Source: an uncultured bacterium (GTDB lineage: Bacteria > Patescibacteriota > Minisyncoccia > Phycocordibacterales > UBA9973). From it: 37,472 nt of DNA. The notes beneath the pieces were generated by a model that was not told where the DNA came from, did no database searches, and saw only the letters and a list, made by a program, of their open reading frames with translations. Location of the stretch: contig CAITGV010000003.1 of NCBI GenBank assembly GCA_903892035.1, positions 1 to 37,472 of the forward strand, given 5' to 3'. How positions within the stretch are numbered: the stretch's first letter is position 1; each line of letters begins with the position of its first letter. Positions 17,158-28,024 of this stretch are shown here, piece by piece. The position numbers and the translations under genes are program-made.

Positions 17158-20100
17158 TTATTCTTCTACTGCTTCTTTTTTTATTTCTTTTTTGTTTCGA
17201 AAACCAGTTCCTGCTGGAATCAATCTTCCAATAATGACATTTTCTTTTAGTCCTCGTAGGCGATCAATTCCTCCTCTCATAGCATTTGTGATAAGCACTC
17301 TGTTTGTATTTTGGAATGAAGCAGCAGATAGCCAACTTTTTGTAGTAAGAGATGTTTCTGTAATTCCAAGTACTGCGCGCTCGCCTTTTGCTTCACGATT
17401 GCCTTCTGCAAGAACTTTTTCATTCTCTTCTTTAAGTTCAATATTTTCTACCAATTCACCTGGTGAGAATGATGTATCTCCAGCATCTTTGATTCTCATA
17501 CGTCCAAACATTTGGCGGATGATAATCTCGATGTGTTTGCGAGAAATTGAAGCTCCCTGCAATTCATACACTTTATTGATTTCACGAACGATGTATTCTT
17601 CTGCAAGTTCTTTACTTCCGTATTTGAATATTTCAGCAATGTCTGCAGAACCATCTGTAAGTAATTCACCTTTTTTAACTTTATCACCAGGTTTTACTGT
17701 AATCAAACGTCGAGCAGATACTTCGTATTCTATTTGATTAGATTTTCCATCAACTTTTGTATCAGACAAAACTGTTATAACTTTTTCTCCTGCAGGACCC
17801 TTGATACTAAGTACATCACCGTCAGTGTGTGACACAATAGCTGGACTTTTTGGCATTCTTCTTTCAAAAATTTCTTCAACACGAGGTAGACCCATAGTAA
17901 TATCTGTTCCTGCGACTCCTCCGGCGTGGAAAGTTCGAAGTGTAAGCTGTGTTCCAGGTTCACCGATAGCTTGTGCAGCGACAATACCAACTGCTTCTCC
18001 AAGGTCCACAAGACGATTGCGTCCAAGATCAAGACCGTAACAATTTCGACAAATTCCGTGCATAACTTTACATGTGAGTGGTGATCGAACAAAAGCTTCC
18101 TTAACTCCCAAGTTTTCAATAACCTGAGCTTCTTCTTTTGTTACCAAAAATCCACGTTTGTAAATTGTATTTCCTTTCTCATCTTTCAAATCTGCTGCAA
18201 GTACACGTCCACGAAGATTCTTTGAAAATGGAATAATAACACCAGAAATATTTTCACCAGAAACCAATTTACCTTCTTTTGTTCCACAGTCTTCTTCGGT
18301 AATTACGACATCTTGAGCGACGTCTACGAGACGACGTGTGAGGTAACCAGCTTTTGCTGTATTGAGCGCTGTGTCGGCCAAACCTTTACGTGATCCGTGT
18401 GTAGTAATGAAGTATTCAATAGGTGAAAGACCTTCTTTGTATGATGGAATGATTGGAAAATCAATTGTGCGTCCTGAAGTGTTGATGATGAGACCTTTCA
18501 TACCAGCCATCTGAATAAGGTTGCTGATTGATCCGCGGGCACCAGAATAAATCATATCGTGCACAGAACCTTTTGAATCAAAAGTACTTGGCAAAAGTTT
18601 TTCTATTTCTTTTCTTGCCAATTCCCAGATTTCAATTACTTGTCTGTATTTTTCATCTTCTGAAAGCAAACCGTCATTGTATTGAGAAACGATTGTTTCT
18701 TCTTTTGCACGTGCTGTTTTTACAATTGCCTCTTTTCCTTCTGGAACACGGACATTGTCTATTCCCCATGTCACACCAGATTTTGTAGCATATGTATAAC
18801 CAAAGTGTTTTATCTTGTCGAGAATTGGTGGAGTAGCGTCGATACCGTAGTGCATTATAAGTTCATCTACGAGAGCTGAGACACGCTTTTGTGTAATTTC
18901 TTCGTTTAAGTAAGGGAAGTTTTCTGGCAAAATACTATTGAACAAAAGTCTTCCAACTGTAGTTTCAAAAATTTTACCATCAAAAACATTGTATTTTGTT
19001 TTTTCACTTGGCATAACTTTTATTTTTGATCGGAAAGAAACTTCACCGAAGTCATACGCAGTGATAGCTTGGTTTGGAGTTGCAAAAATTTTGCCTTCTC
19101 CTTTTTCACCATCAATTGATTTTGTCATCCAGTAACAACCAAGAACCATATCCATTCTAGGGTTCACGATTGGCTCACCATTTTGAGGTTTAAGCAAATT
19201 TTTATTTGCTGCCATAAGTTCGCGAGCTTCAGCTTGAGCATCATCTGAAAGTGGTAAATACACACCCATCTGGTCTCCATCGAAGTCAGCGTTGAAAGCC
19301 TGACAAACAAGAGGATGGAGTTGTATAGCATTTCCTTCGATAAGCACAGGATTGAAAGCTTGAATACCAAGACGGTGAAGTGTAGGCGCACGGTTTAGAA
19401 GTACAAATTTTCCTTGAATTGCATCTTCAAGCATTGCCCAAACTTCTGGAACTCCTTCTTCAATAAGACGATTTGCTCCACGGATATTGTAAGCCAATTC
19501 TCCTGCAAGAATTTTTGAAATAACAAAAGGTTTGAAAAGTTCAAGAGCCATGTGTTTTGGCAAACCACATTGATTCAATTTCAATTGAGGACCGACGACG
19601 ATAACAGAACGTCCTGAATAGTCCACACGTTTACCCAAAAGATTTTGACGGAACAAACCTTGTTTTGATTTCAAATTGTCTGACAAAGATTTCAAAGCTC
19701 GCTTTTGAGATTGAGAAACAGCTTGTGAATCATTTTGTTTTGCAATTGAGTTGTCGATAAGAGCATCTACTGCTTCTTGAAGAATTCTTTTTTCATTACG
19801 CAAGATAACATCTGGCGCACCAATTTCCATCAATTTCTTCAAACGATTATTTCTATTTATCACACGTCGGTAAAGATCGTTTAGGTCAGAAGTTGCGTGA
19901 CGTCCACCATCAAGAGCAACCATAGGGCGAAGTGCTGGTGGAATAACTGGAATCACAGAAAGGAACATCCATTCTGGGCGAATATTTGAATGAATCATTG
20001 AACGCAAAAGTGCTAGACGCTTTTGCAATTTTTCTTTTTCGACTGCACTTGCTTTTTCAAGCATTTTTTCAGTTTTCTCTTTCAATTTGTTTAGATCAAG

Positions 20101-20772
20101 ATTTTTGAAAATTGTGTATATAGCTTCTGCACCGATGTTCGCTTCAAAACAAGAACTGTATTTTAGAGAGTAATGGTGATATGAAAGTTCGTTCAAAACT
20201 TTTCCTTCAAAAATTTCACCAATTTCTTTTTTCGCATTCGTCAAAAGCTCTTTCAATTTCTCGCGATCCTTTTCGTCTTGAACGTTTTTGATTTTTGACT
20301 TGTATTCATTTTCAATACTTTGCAAAAGTTCAACTTTCTCATCTTCATGAACTTTCGTGATGATGTATCCAGCAAAGTAAATTACTTTTTCCAATTCATT
20401 GATTGGAATCATAAGCAAAATACTCATGCGTGATGGCACACCGCGCAAAAACCAAATGTGTGCTACTGGACTTGCCAATTCGATGTGACCACTTCGGTCG
20501 CGACGCACTATTGAGCGAGTAACTTCAACTCCACATTTTTCACAAATAATATCTTTATAACGAATTCGGCGGTATTTTCCACAGTAACATTCATAATCTT
20601 TTTCTGGGCCGAAAATTCTTTCGTCGAAAAGTCCACCTCGCTCTGAGCGACCTGTACGGTAGTTTATTGTCTCGGGCTTTGTCACTTCACCATATGACCA
20701 CTCGCGAATACGATCTGGACTTGCGAGCTTGAGAACGATGCTATTGAAATCTGTTGTATCAATTGTTTTCAT
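17158..20772 (-). CDS. rpoC: RNA polymerase beta' subunit
   Basis: Catalytic NADFDGD, N-terminal Cys zinc finger, GEPGTQLTLRTFH. Confidence 0.99.
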   Translation of the reverse strand: MKTIDTTDFNSIVLKLASPDRIREWSYGEVTKPETINYRTGRSERGGLFDERIFGPEKDYECYCGKYRRIRYKDIICEKCGVEVTRSIVRRDRSGHIELASPVAHIWFLRGVPSRMSILLMIPINELEKVIYFAGYIITKVHEDEKVELLQSIENEYKSKIKNVQDEKDREKLKELLTNAKKEIGEIFEGKVLNELSYHHYSLKYSSCFEANIGAEAIYTIFKNLDLNKLKEKTEKMLEKASAVEKEKLQKRLALLRSMIHSNIRPEWMFLSVIPVIPPALRPMVALDGGRHATSDLNDLYRRVINRNNRLKKLMEIGAPDVILRNEKRILQEAVDALIDNSIAKQNDSQAVSQSQKRALKSLSDNLKSKQGLFRQNLLGKRVDYSGRSVIVVGPQLKLNQCGLPKHMALELFKPFVISKILAGELAYNIRGANRLIEEGVPEVWAMLEDAIQGKFVLLNRAPTLHRLGIQAFNPVLIEGNAIQLHPLVCQAFNADFDGDQMGVYLPLSDDAQAEARELMAANKNLLKPQNGEPIVNPRMDMVLGCYWMTKSIDGEKGEGKIFATPNQAITAYDFGEVSFRSKIKVMPSEKTKYNVFDGKIFETTVGRLLFNSILPENFPYLNEEITQKRVSALVDELIMHYGIDATPPILDKIKHFGYTYATKSGVTWGIDNVRVPEGKEAIVKTARAKEETIVSQYNDGLLSEDEKYRQVIEIWELARKEIEKLLPSTFDSKGSVHDMIYSGARGSISNLIQMAGMKGLIINTSGRTIDFPIIPSYKEGLSPIEYFITTHGSRKGLADTALNTAKAGYLTRRLVDVAQDVVITEEDCGTKEGKLVSGENISGVIIPFSKNLRGRVLAADLKDEKGNTIYKRGFLVTKEEAQVIENLGVKEAFVRSPLTCKVMHGICRNCYGLDLGRNRLVDLGEAVGIVAAQAIGEPGTQLTLRTFHAGGVAGTDITMGLPRVEEIFERRMPKSPAIVSHTDGDVLSIKGPAGEKVITVLSDTKVDGKSNQIEYEVSARRLITVKPGDKVKKGELLTDGSADIAEIFKYGSKELAEEYIVREINKVYELQGASISRKHIEIIIRQMFGRMRIKDAGDTSFSPGELVENIELKEENEKVLAEGNREAKGERAVLGITETSLTTKSWLSAASFQNTNRVLITNAMRGGIDRLRGLKENVIIGRLIPAGTGFRNKKEIKKEAVEE

Positions 20773-20791
20773 AGTTTTATATAGTTAATGA

Positions 20792-23700
20792 TTAAAGTGA
20801 CTTATCATCAATTTGTTTTTTCAAATCGACATCGAGAGCCAAACCACGAAGATAATTCAACATCACAGAAAATGATGCGGGTGAATTTGGTTCGCGTAGT
20901 TTCTCGCCTTTGATAATAGCGTCAAATGTCGCCGACCGTCCGACAATATCGTCTGATTTAATTGTTATCATTTCACGAAGTACGTGAGCAGCACCATAAC
21001 CTTCGAGTGCCCAGACTTCCATTTCTCCAAATCTCTGACCTCCACCTTGAGCTTTACCTCCGAGTGGTTGTTGTGTGATGAGAGAGTAAGGACCGACTGA
21101 ACGCATGTGAATCTTGTCTTCAACCATGTGGTGCAATTTCAAGATATACATATATCCAACTGCAACATCTTGATCAAAAGCTTCGCCTGTGCGTCCGTCA
21201 AAAAGTTTTACAAGACCAGTTTCTGGAAGACCAGCTTTTACTAATTCTTGTTTGACTTCAACATCGCGTGCTCCAGAGAAAATAGGAACGATTGCTTGGT
21301 AGTTTAGAGTGTGAGCAGCAAGACCCAAGTGCATTTCCAAAATCTGACCGAGGTTCATACGTGATGGCACACCGAGTGGAGTAAGAATAACATCCACAGG
21401 AGTTCCGTCTGCCATAAATGGCATTTCTTCTTCTGGAAGTATTGTTGAAATAACACCTTTGTTTCCGTGGCGTCCTGCAAGTTTGTCTCCAACTGAAATA
21501 TTTCGTACTTGAGCAACTTCAATAACAACTTTCTTTATGATTCCAGATTCCAAATTGTGTCCAGCTTCACGTGAGAAAATTTTCACATTGATGACACGTC
21601 CGCGTGCACCGTGCTCCATACGTAGAGATGTATCTTTCACATCACGAGCTTTTTCAGCAAAAATCGAACGGAGCAATCTTTCTTCTGGTGTAAGTTCTGT
21701 CTCACCTTTTGGAGTAATTTTTCCAACCAAAATATCATTTTCTCCGACTTCAGCTCCGACACGAACGATTCCATCTTCATCGAGGTCTTTCAATTTTGCT
21801 TCACCGACGTTTGGAATATCACGAGTTGTAATTTCAGGTCCAAGTTTTGTATCACGAACGAGAGAAATAAATTCTTCAACGTAAATACTTGTAAATTTAC
21901 TTTCTTTAACAAGACGCTCTGAAAGAATAATCGCATCTTCATAGTTGTGACCACTCCATGACATAAATGCAACGAGAGCATTTTGACCAAGAGCAATTTG
22001 TCCTTGATCTGTACTTGAAGCATCTGCCAATACATCATCTTTTTTAACTTTCTGACCAAGGTTTACACTTGGACGTTGATGAAATGATGAGAAGTTATTT
22101 GTACGAGAGAAATTTATCAAATGGTATTCGTGGTCTTTTCCTTTTTCGTCTTCAACAACAATTCTTTTTGCATCAACATATTTTACAGTTCCTGCTGTGC
22201 GAGAAATGATAAGGCGTCCTGAATCGCGAGCTGCTGATTCTTCAACACCTGTAGCAACAAGTGGAGCTTCTGGCACAATACAAGGCACAGCTTGTTTTTG
22301 CATATTACTTCCCATGAGTGCGCGGTTTGCATCATTGTGTTCAAGGAAAGGCACCATACCTGTAGCAATAGAAAATGCTTGGTTTGTAGCGACGTCGATA
22401 TAATCAACTTTTTCGCGCTCAATAAAACCAGGACTCGTTTGTACGCGAGCTTCTACTTTTGCATCGAGAAGATTTCCCTTTTCATCATAACGCACATTGA
22501 AGTGAGCGATATTAAATTTTTCTTCTTCAAGAGCATTTAGATAAACAACTTCGCCAGTGATGCGAGCTTTATCTACTTTTACATATGGAGTTTCAATAAT
22601 TCCAAATTCATTTATGCGAGCGTAAGTAGCCAAGTGCAAGATAAGACCGATGTTTGGACCTTCTGGAGTGTGAATTGGACAAACGCGACCGTAGTGAGAT
22701 GTGTGCACGTCACGAACTTCAAGACCTGCGCGTTCACGAGTAAGTCCGCCGGGACCAAGTGCTGAAAGAGTACGCAAATGTTCGAGCTCAGCAAGAATAT
22801 TTTCTTGGTTCATGAATTGCGAAAGCTGGTTTGTTGTGAAAAATTCTTTTATGCGAGCTTGAAGTGGACGTTGGTTAATGATTTGAATTGGCATTGCTGT
22901 AGCCACATCGATTGTCGACATACGGTCTTGAATATTTCTTTTGATCTGAGTCATACCGACGCGGATTTTTTGTTGAAGAAGTTCTCCAACATAACGCACA
23001 CGGCGTTGACCCAAGTGATCGATATCGTCAGCTTTTGCATTTGGAGTAGTATTTAACAATACGATGTTTTTTACGATTTCTACCAAATCAATTTTTGAAA
23101 TTGTACGGCGAGCAAGTTCTGTTTCGTCCATTCCCAAATTAAAACGCTTATTGAAACGGAAACGTCCAACAGGAGAAAGGTCATAACGCTCAGGACTAAA
23201 TAAAGAATTTATAAATTCTTTCGCATTGTCTGGAGTTGCGAAATCGCCATCGCGAATACGCTTGTAGATTTCGATATATGCATCGTGGAGACTTTTCTCT
23301 CCATCTTTTGACATACAAAGTTTTACACATTCGAGTGCAGCTTCATTGTCTTTAAATGCTGCGAGTATTGATTCATCTGTAGCCAAACCTAAAATACGAA
23401 GGAGGGAAATAACTGAAAACTTTCTCTTTTTGTCCACGCGCACAAAAAGCATTCCGTCTACATCGGATTCGATTTCAATCCATACTCCGCGAGCTGGAAT
23501 TATTTTTGCACCGAAAAGTCTTTTACCTTTTACTTCAGTGTCTGGAAAAAATACTCCGAAACTTCTTGCAAGCTGTGGCACGATGACACGCTCTACTCCA
23601 TTTATAATAAAAGTACCGTGCGCTGTCATCATAGGCACGTCAGCCATAAATATTTCTTGTTCTTTTGTACTTCCCAAAGCTTTGTTTACGAGCTTTACGC

Positions 23701-23974
23701 GAGCTTTGAGCTGAGATTCATATGAAAGCTTGTTGATCTTTGCGTGCTGTTCATCACACTTCGGATCACCAAGTGAGAAAGATGTAAATTCTAAATTAAA
23801 TTTTTTGTCTGAATAATCAGCAATTGGAGAAAACTCCTTGAAAACTTCTTTTAAACCGGATTCCACTAGCCATGCGTACGACCTTACTTGATTCTCTATC
23901 AGATTTGGAAACGGGGTGAGCGGAGTCTTGTATTTCGAAAAATACTTTTTTTCCCTCTTTTGCGCAGTTTTCAT
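20792..23974 (-). CDS. rpoB: RNA polymerase beta subunit
   Basis: TPEGPNIGL, GDKLAGRHGNKG and GGQRFGEMEVWALE motifs. Start placed at ATG 23974 (MKTAQ). Confidence 0.99.
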   Translation of the reverse strand: MKTAQKREKKYFSKYKTPLTPFPNLIENQVRSYAWLVESGLKEVFKEFSPIADYSDKKFNLEFTSFSLGDPKCDEQHAKINKLSYESQLKARVKLVNKALGSTKEQEIFMADVPMMTAHGTFIINGVERVIVPQLARSFGVFFPDTEVKGKRLFGAKIIPARGVWIEIESDVDGMLFVRVDKKRKFSVISLLRILGLATDESILAAFKDNEAALECVKLCMSKDGEKSLHDAYIEIYKRIRDGDFATPDNAKEFINSLFSPERYDLSPVGRFRFNKRFNLGMDETELARRTISKIDLVEIVKNIVLLNTTPNAKADDIDHLGQRRVRYVGELLQQKIRVGMTQIKRNIQDRMSTIDVATAMPIQIINQRPLQARIKEFFTTNQLSQFMNQENILAELEHLRTLSALGPGGLTRERAGLEVRDVHTSHYGRVCPIHTPEGPNIGLILHLATYARINEFGIIETPYVKVDKARITGEVVYLNALEEEKFNIAHFNVRYDEKGNLLDAKVEARVQTSPGFIEREKVDYIDVATNQAFSIATGMVPFLEHNDANRALMGSNMQKQAVPCIVPEAPLVATGVEESAARDSGRLIISRTAGTVKYVDAKRIVVEDEKGKDHEYHLINFSRTNNFSSFHQRPSVNLGQKVKKDDVLADASSTDQGQIALGQNALVAFMSWSGHNYEDAIILSERLVKESKFTSIYVEEFISLVRDTKLGPEITTRDIPNVGEAKLKDLDEDGIVRVGAEVGENDILVGKITPKGETELTPEERLLRSIFAEKARDVKDTSLRMEHGARGRVINVKIFSREAGHNLESGIIKKVVIEVAQVRNISVGDKLAGRHGNKGVISTILPEEEMPFMADGTPVDVILTPLGVPSRMNLGQILEMHLGLAAHTLNYQAIVPIFSGARDVEVKQELVKAGLPETGLVKLFDGRTGEAFDQDVAVGYMYILKLHHMVEDKIHMRSVGPYSLITQQPLGGKAQGGGQRFGEMEVWALEGYGAAHVLREMITIKSDDIVGRSATFDAIIKGEKLREPNSPASFSVMLNYLRGLALDVDLKKQIDDKSL

Positions 23975-24166
23975 ATAAACGACGATTTCCACTAAAAAAC
24001 CCAAACGAGCCAAAAAGGCAAAAGACAACAAGCAAGAATATTTCTTATCTTGAAATCTTTTAAGCCAAATCTCCAGCTTGTATTGTTTTTTCTAGCAAAA
24101 TAAAGTTATATTGCTAATAATATTCAGCCAATCATCAGTAACTCAATCGTTCATTTCGTGTTTCCT

Positions 24167-24195
24167 ATCCTACTCCTTTTTAAAACCAAAGTCAA
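24167..24195 (-). promoter_or_regulatory. Probable rpoBC promoter
   Basis: TTGACT, 17-nt spacer, TAGGAT, about 190 nt upstream of the rpoB ATG. Confidence 0.6.
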
Positions 24196-24248
24196 GAGAT
24201 TTGAAAGTGTGTATAACTTTACAATCGTGAGGCAAGGCCTAACGATGA

Positions 24249-24404
24249 AATACAACCCATCCCTAACCCTTCCCTTATCAAGGAAGGGAAACTGCTAAGC
24301 ATTTTCTGTATTTGCATTTCTCCCCTCTCCTTTACAAGGAGAGGGGTTGGGGTGAGGTTCTTACCTTCCTTGATAAGGGAAGGTGCCCGAAGGGCGGATG
24401 GGTT
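24249..24404. repeat. Composite REP/MITE-like element
   Basis: 24249-24296 is the exact reverse complement of 25633-25680. Further hairpins: cccctctcc/ggagagggg and ccttcc-ttgataa-gggaagg. Confidence 0.85.
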
Positions 24405-24424
24405 TTCTTTCCGCTAGGTCTTGC

Positions 24425-25102
24425 CTAGCGGGTTTTCCAAGCTTCGATTTTTTTATGATCTCCCGAAAGGAGGATTTTTGGGACACGGTATTTTTTGGCT
24501 TTGTGGACTAGGATTTCTGGGCGTGTGTAAACTTCACTTGAAGATACGCGCTCTTCTTCGAGGGATTCAAATTTACCTAGGATGCCGGGGATTTGGCGAG
24601 AAATTGAATCTATCAAAACCATAGCTGGCAATTCCCCGCCAGTGAGAACGTAGTCGCCGATTGAAGTCTGGTCTGGTTTTAGTATTTTTGAAACTCGTGC
24701 ATCGATGCCTTCATAACGGCCAGAAATCATAATTATATCTGTATATTTTTTTGCAGAATTTTTTGCATATTCTGTTGTAAATTTTTTTCCAGACGGAGAA
24801 AATAAAATAATTTTTATCTTGGCTTTTGAATTTTTCTTTATCTTTTTTATTACACTTTCCACTGCTTTTAAAATCGGTTCTGCACGCATCACCATCCCCG
24901 GTCCTCCACCATACGGTCGGTCGTCCACGGCGGCGGAAATGTTGCCGTCAGGCCAAACTTTTTTATATTTTCCTGTAACAAATTTTCTGGGATTCACAAA
25001 AGAAACCTTTATCTTTTTTTCTTTAATTCCCCGTGCCAAAATAGAATCACCCAAATATGATTCAAACATTCCTGGGAAAATTGTAATTATATGAAAATGC
25101 AT
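24425..25102 (-). CDS. trmD: tRNA (guanine-N1)-methyltransferase
   Basis: VDDRPYGGGPGMVM, SGRYEGIDAR, SIGDYVLTGGE and YTRP motifs. Confidence 0.97.
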   Translation of the reverse strand: MHFHIITIFPGMFESYLGDSILARGIKEKKIKVSFVNPRKFVTGKYKKVWPDGNISAAVDDRPYGGGPGMVMRAEPILKAVESVIKKIKKNSKAKIKIILFSPSGKKFTTEYAKNSAKKYTDIIMISGRYEGIDARVSKILKPDQTSIGDYVLTGGELPAMVLIDSISRQIPGILGKFESLEEERVSSSEVYTRPEILVHKAKKYRVPKILLSGDHKKIEAWKTR

Positions 25103-25117
25103 ATATTGCACTATAAC

Positions 25118-25154
25118 ACAAAACCCCTACGACACAAGGTCGGAGGGGTTTTGT
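25118..25154 (-). terminator. Probable intrinsic terminator after khpA
   Basis: acaaaacccct...aggggttttgt stem, followed by T-rich sequence on the minus strand. Confidence 0.6.
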
Positions 25155-25174
25155 AAAAAAAACATTGTGAACAA

Positions 25175-25501
25175 TTATAGGTCCTTCAAATCTTCCATTG
25201 CTTGATCTACTGTCTTTGTAGAAGTAGAGGTCGCCATTGGGGCTGATTTCATTCCGCCTTCTGGTTCATTGATCTTTAGATTAACGCGAGCGTTATTCTT
25301 CATACCGATGACACGTAGAAGTGTGCGGATAGCTTTCGCTGTATTACCCATGCGTCCGATAATCTTGCCCATGTCGCCTGGATTTACAGTGAGTGTAATG
25401 AGAACTCCCATTTCATCTACCGTACGATCTAGCTTTACATCTGCTGGATTGTCGACGAGCGCCTTTACTACATACTCTAAAAATTCTTTGTCGTCAGTCA
25501 T
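25175..25501 (-). CDS. khpA: KH-domain RNA-binding protein
   Basis: DMGKIIGRMGNTAKAIRTLL; lies between rpsP and trmD. Confidence 0.92.
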   Translation of the reverse strand: MTDDKEFLEYVVKALVDNPADVKLDRTVDEMGVLITLTVNPGDMGKIIGRMGNTAKAIRTLLRVIGMKNNARVNLKINEPEGGMKSAPMATSTSTKTVDQAMEDLKDL

Positions 25502-25587
25502 ATTGTATCGTATACGTTTGTAATTTTTCGTGCAGTGTTCGACCTAGAATTACTGCTTGTCTACATTATACATTTTTTCATAATAAA

Positions 25588-25680
25588 AATACAACCCCCT
25601 TAATCCCCCTTATCAGGGGGAAATAAATGCTAAGCAGTTTCCCTTCCTTGATAAGGGAAGGGTTAGGGATGGGTTGTATT
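25588..25680. repeat. REP/MITE-like palindromic element
   Basis: Terminal repeats aatacaaccc/gggttgtatt; inverted relative of 4590-4682. 25629-25680 is identical to 29134-29185. Confidence 0.88.
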
Positions 25681-25691
25681 GGAGTGGTGGT

Positions 25692-26000
25692 CTATTTTCC
25701 AGCTTTTACGTCTTTGCGCTTTTTTGTAGGAGATTTCTTTGAGAGTACGTTTTTCTTTTTAGCAGTGATGATTTTTTCTTTAACCAAGAAATTGTGCATT
25801 GTATCTGAAACCTGTGCACCTTTACTCATCCAGTAAGTGATGCGGTCGCCCTTAAGTGCGATGACACCAGCCTTTGCATTGTAAGTGCCCAAAATTTCCA
25901 AGAACTTTCCGCTCTTTGTACTATTTTTTGAGTCAGTCAAAACAGCCCGAAATGCTGGGTCGTTCTTTCTACCTATACGTTGTAATCGAATCATTAACAT
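25692..26000 (-). CDS. rpsP: 30S ribosomal protein S16
   Basis: MLMIRLQRIGRKNDP, EILGTYN and YWMSKGAQVSDT motifs. Confidence 0.97.
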   Translation of the reverse strand: MLMIRLQRIGRKNDPAFRAVLTDSKNSTKSGKFLEILGTYNAKAGVIALKGDRITYWMSKGAQVSDTMHNFLVKEKIITAKKKNVLSKKSPTKKRKDVKAGK

Positions 26001-26053
26001 GTCCCCCATCTTAACAAATAGGGGCAAAATGTCAAATATGCTATGCTACCTGT

Positions 26054-28018
26054 ATGAAAAAGCCGTATAAAAAAGACAAAAATACAAATATTAAAAAAGG
26101 GCCAAAAAACCCTCAAAATAAAACCCTCCGTGGAAATATAAGCATAAATAGCCGTGGTATTGGCTATGTCCGCACAAAAGAATATAAAGACGATATTGAA
26201 GTTGATCATGCAAATCTCGCCACAGCACTACATGGAGACATTGTTACAATATCACTATCTGGAAATGGCCGTGAACACAAAGGTAAAGTCGTAGAAATAA
26301 TTCACCGTGCAAAAGCAGGCTTTGCCGGAGTTCTAGAATTAAAAAATAATATTTACTATTTGAAAGCTGACGATACACGACTATATACAAATATTATAAT
26401 TCCAAAAAATTCTCTTGGTGAAGCAAAGGTTGGGGAAAAAGTTTTTGTTATTATCGAAAATTGGAAAAGTTCCAAAGATGAACCTGTTGGAAAAATAGAA
26501 AAAATTCTAGGTAAACAATACGATCACAATGCTGAAATGGAAGGCATCGCTCTTGAGCGTGGTTTCGATGAATCATTTCCGCGTGACGTTGTTGCAGAAT
26601 CAAAAAGTTTGCACGAAATTGGAATTCCTGCCGACGAATTTAAAAACCGTCGTGATATGCGAAAAATTCCAACTTTCACAATTGACCCAGAAGATGCAAA
26701 AGATTTCGATGATGCTCTTTCTGTAAACGTATTGCCAGATGGAAACTTTGAAATTGGTATTCACATCGCTGATGTGTCGCACTATGTACGAGTAGGAACA
26801 GCACTTGATCGTGAAGCATTTCGCCGGGGCACCTCTGTATACATGGTTGACCGTACTATTCCAATGCTTCCCGAAGTTCTTTCAAATGATCTTTGTAGTT
26901 TAAAACCTGATGTAGATCGCCTGACTATGAGCGCAATTTTTATAATTGATAAAAATGCAGAAATAAAAAGTGAATGGTTTGGCCGAACAATAATTCACTC
27001 TGCAAAACGCTTCACATATGAAAATGCACAAAAAGTTTTAGATGATAAAAATGGACCAAATTTAGCTGAACTAGAAATCCTTCAAAATTTAGGTAGAAAA
27101 TTAAAAAAGAAAAGAGACAATGAAGGCGCATTGGAATTTGACCAGGATGAAGTAAAATTTGTTCTTGATGCAAATGGTGTTCCGCTCCGTGTTATGAAAA
27201 AAGTTCGCATTGAAACTATGAAGCTCATTGAGGAATGGATGCTTCTTGCAAATCGTCGCGTGGCCGAATACATCACTCGTGATGTGAAAAACAAAGACCG
27301 TATTTTCTTATATCGAATTCACGATTTACCAAATAGAGAAAAAATAGAAAATCTTGCCCAATTTGTAAAAACACTTGGTTACGATTTACATTTAGAAAAT
27401 GGCAAAATCTCGTCAAAAGAACTTTCAAAACTTCTAGAAACTCTCGAAGGTAAACCAGAAAAAGGATTGATTCAAACTAGCATCATCCGCTCAATGGCCA
27501 AAGCAATTTATTCAACAAAAAATATTGGTCACTACGGTTTGGCTTTCACATTTTATACTCATTTCACTTCACCTATTCGTCGCTACCCCGACATTGCCGT
27601 ACACCGCCTGCTCGCTGATTATCTCGCTGGAAAAACAATTTCAAAAGAAAGAGCACACGATTTTTCACACATTGCGGAATATGCTTCAGATCGTGAAAAA
27701 GGTGCCTCTGATGCTGAACGTGCATCTATCAAATACAAACAAGTAGAATACATGGCAAAACGCCTCGGGGAAACTATAAATGCTGTGATTACAGGGGTGA
27801 CCGAATGGGGCATGTATGCAGAGGAAATTGATACAAAATGTGAAGGTATGATCCCCTTGCGTTCAATAAAAGGCGACTTTTATAAACTCGATAAAAAAAC
27901 ACTTTCACTTGTAGGAGAAAAAACAAAAAAGCGTTTTCGTGTCGGTGACCCTGTAACTGTGAAAGTAATGAGTTCAGATATTGTCAGAAAAACTATTGAT
28001 TACGAATTAGTTTCATAA
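26054..28018 (+). CDS. rnr: Ribonuclease R
   Basis: Cold-shock domains, FTIDPEDAKDFDDA, YTHFTSPIRRYPD, C-terminal S1 domain. Confidence 0.96.
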   Translation: MKKPYKKDKNTNIKKGPKNPQNKTLRGNISINSRGIGYVRTKEYKDDIEVDHANLATALHGDIVTISLSGNGREHKGKVVEIIHRAKAGFAGVLELKNNIYYLKADDTRLYTNIIIPKNSLGEAKVGEKVFVIIENWKSSKDEPVGKIEKILGKQYDHNAEMEGIALERGFDESFPRDVVAESKSLHEIGIPADEFKNRRDMRKIPTFTIDPEDAKDFDDALSVNVLPDGNFEIGIHIADVSHYVRVGTALDREAFRRGTSVYMVDRTIPMLPEVLSNDLCSLKPDVDRLTMSAIFIIDKNAEIKSEWFGRTIIHSAKRFTYENAQKVLDDKNGPNLAELEILQNLGRKLKKKRDNEGALEFDQDEVKFVLDANGVPLRVMKKVRIETMKLIEEWMLLANRRVAEYITRDVKNKDRIFLYRIHDLPNREKIENLAQFVKTLGYDLHLENGKISSKELSKLLETLEGKPEKGLIQTSIIRSMAKAIYSTKNIGHYGLAFTFYTHFTSPIRRYPDIAVHRLLADYLAGKTISKERAHDFSHIAEYASDREKGASDAERASIKYKQVEYMAKRLGETINAVITGVTEWGMYAEEIDTKCEGMIPLRSIKGDFYKLDKKTLSLVGEKTKKRFRVGDPVTVKVMSSDIVRKTIDYELVS

Positions 28019-28024
28019 ATTTAA

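Noticed and set aside
17147-23714. Antisense and alternate-frame ORFs within rpoC/rpoB, and similar ones in rpsB, rpoD, rnr and smc
   Set aside because: Shadow ORFs of long coding genes with no recognisable motifs.
17158-23974. Intein or intron insertions in RNA polymerase genes
   Set aside because: Both ORFs are continuous and compact, with no splicing motifs or extra domains evident.
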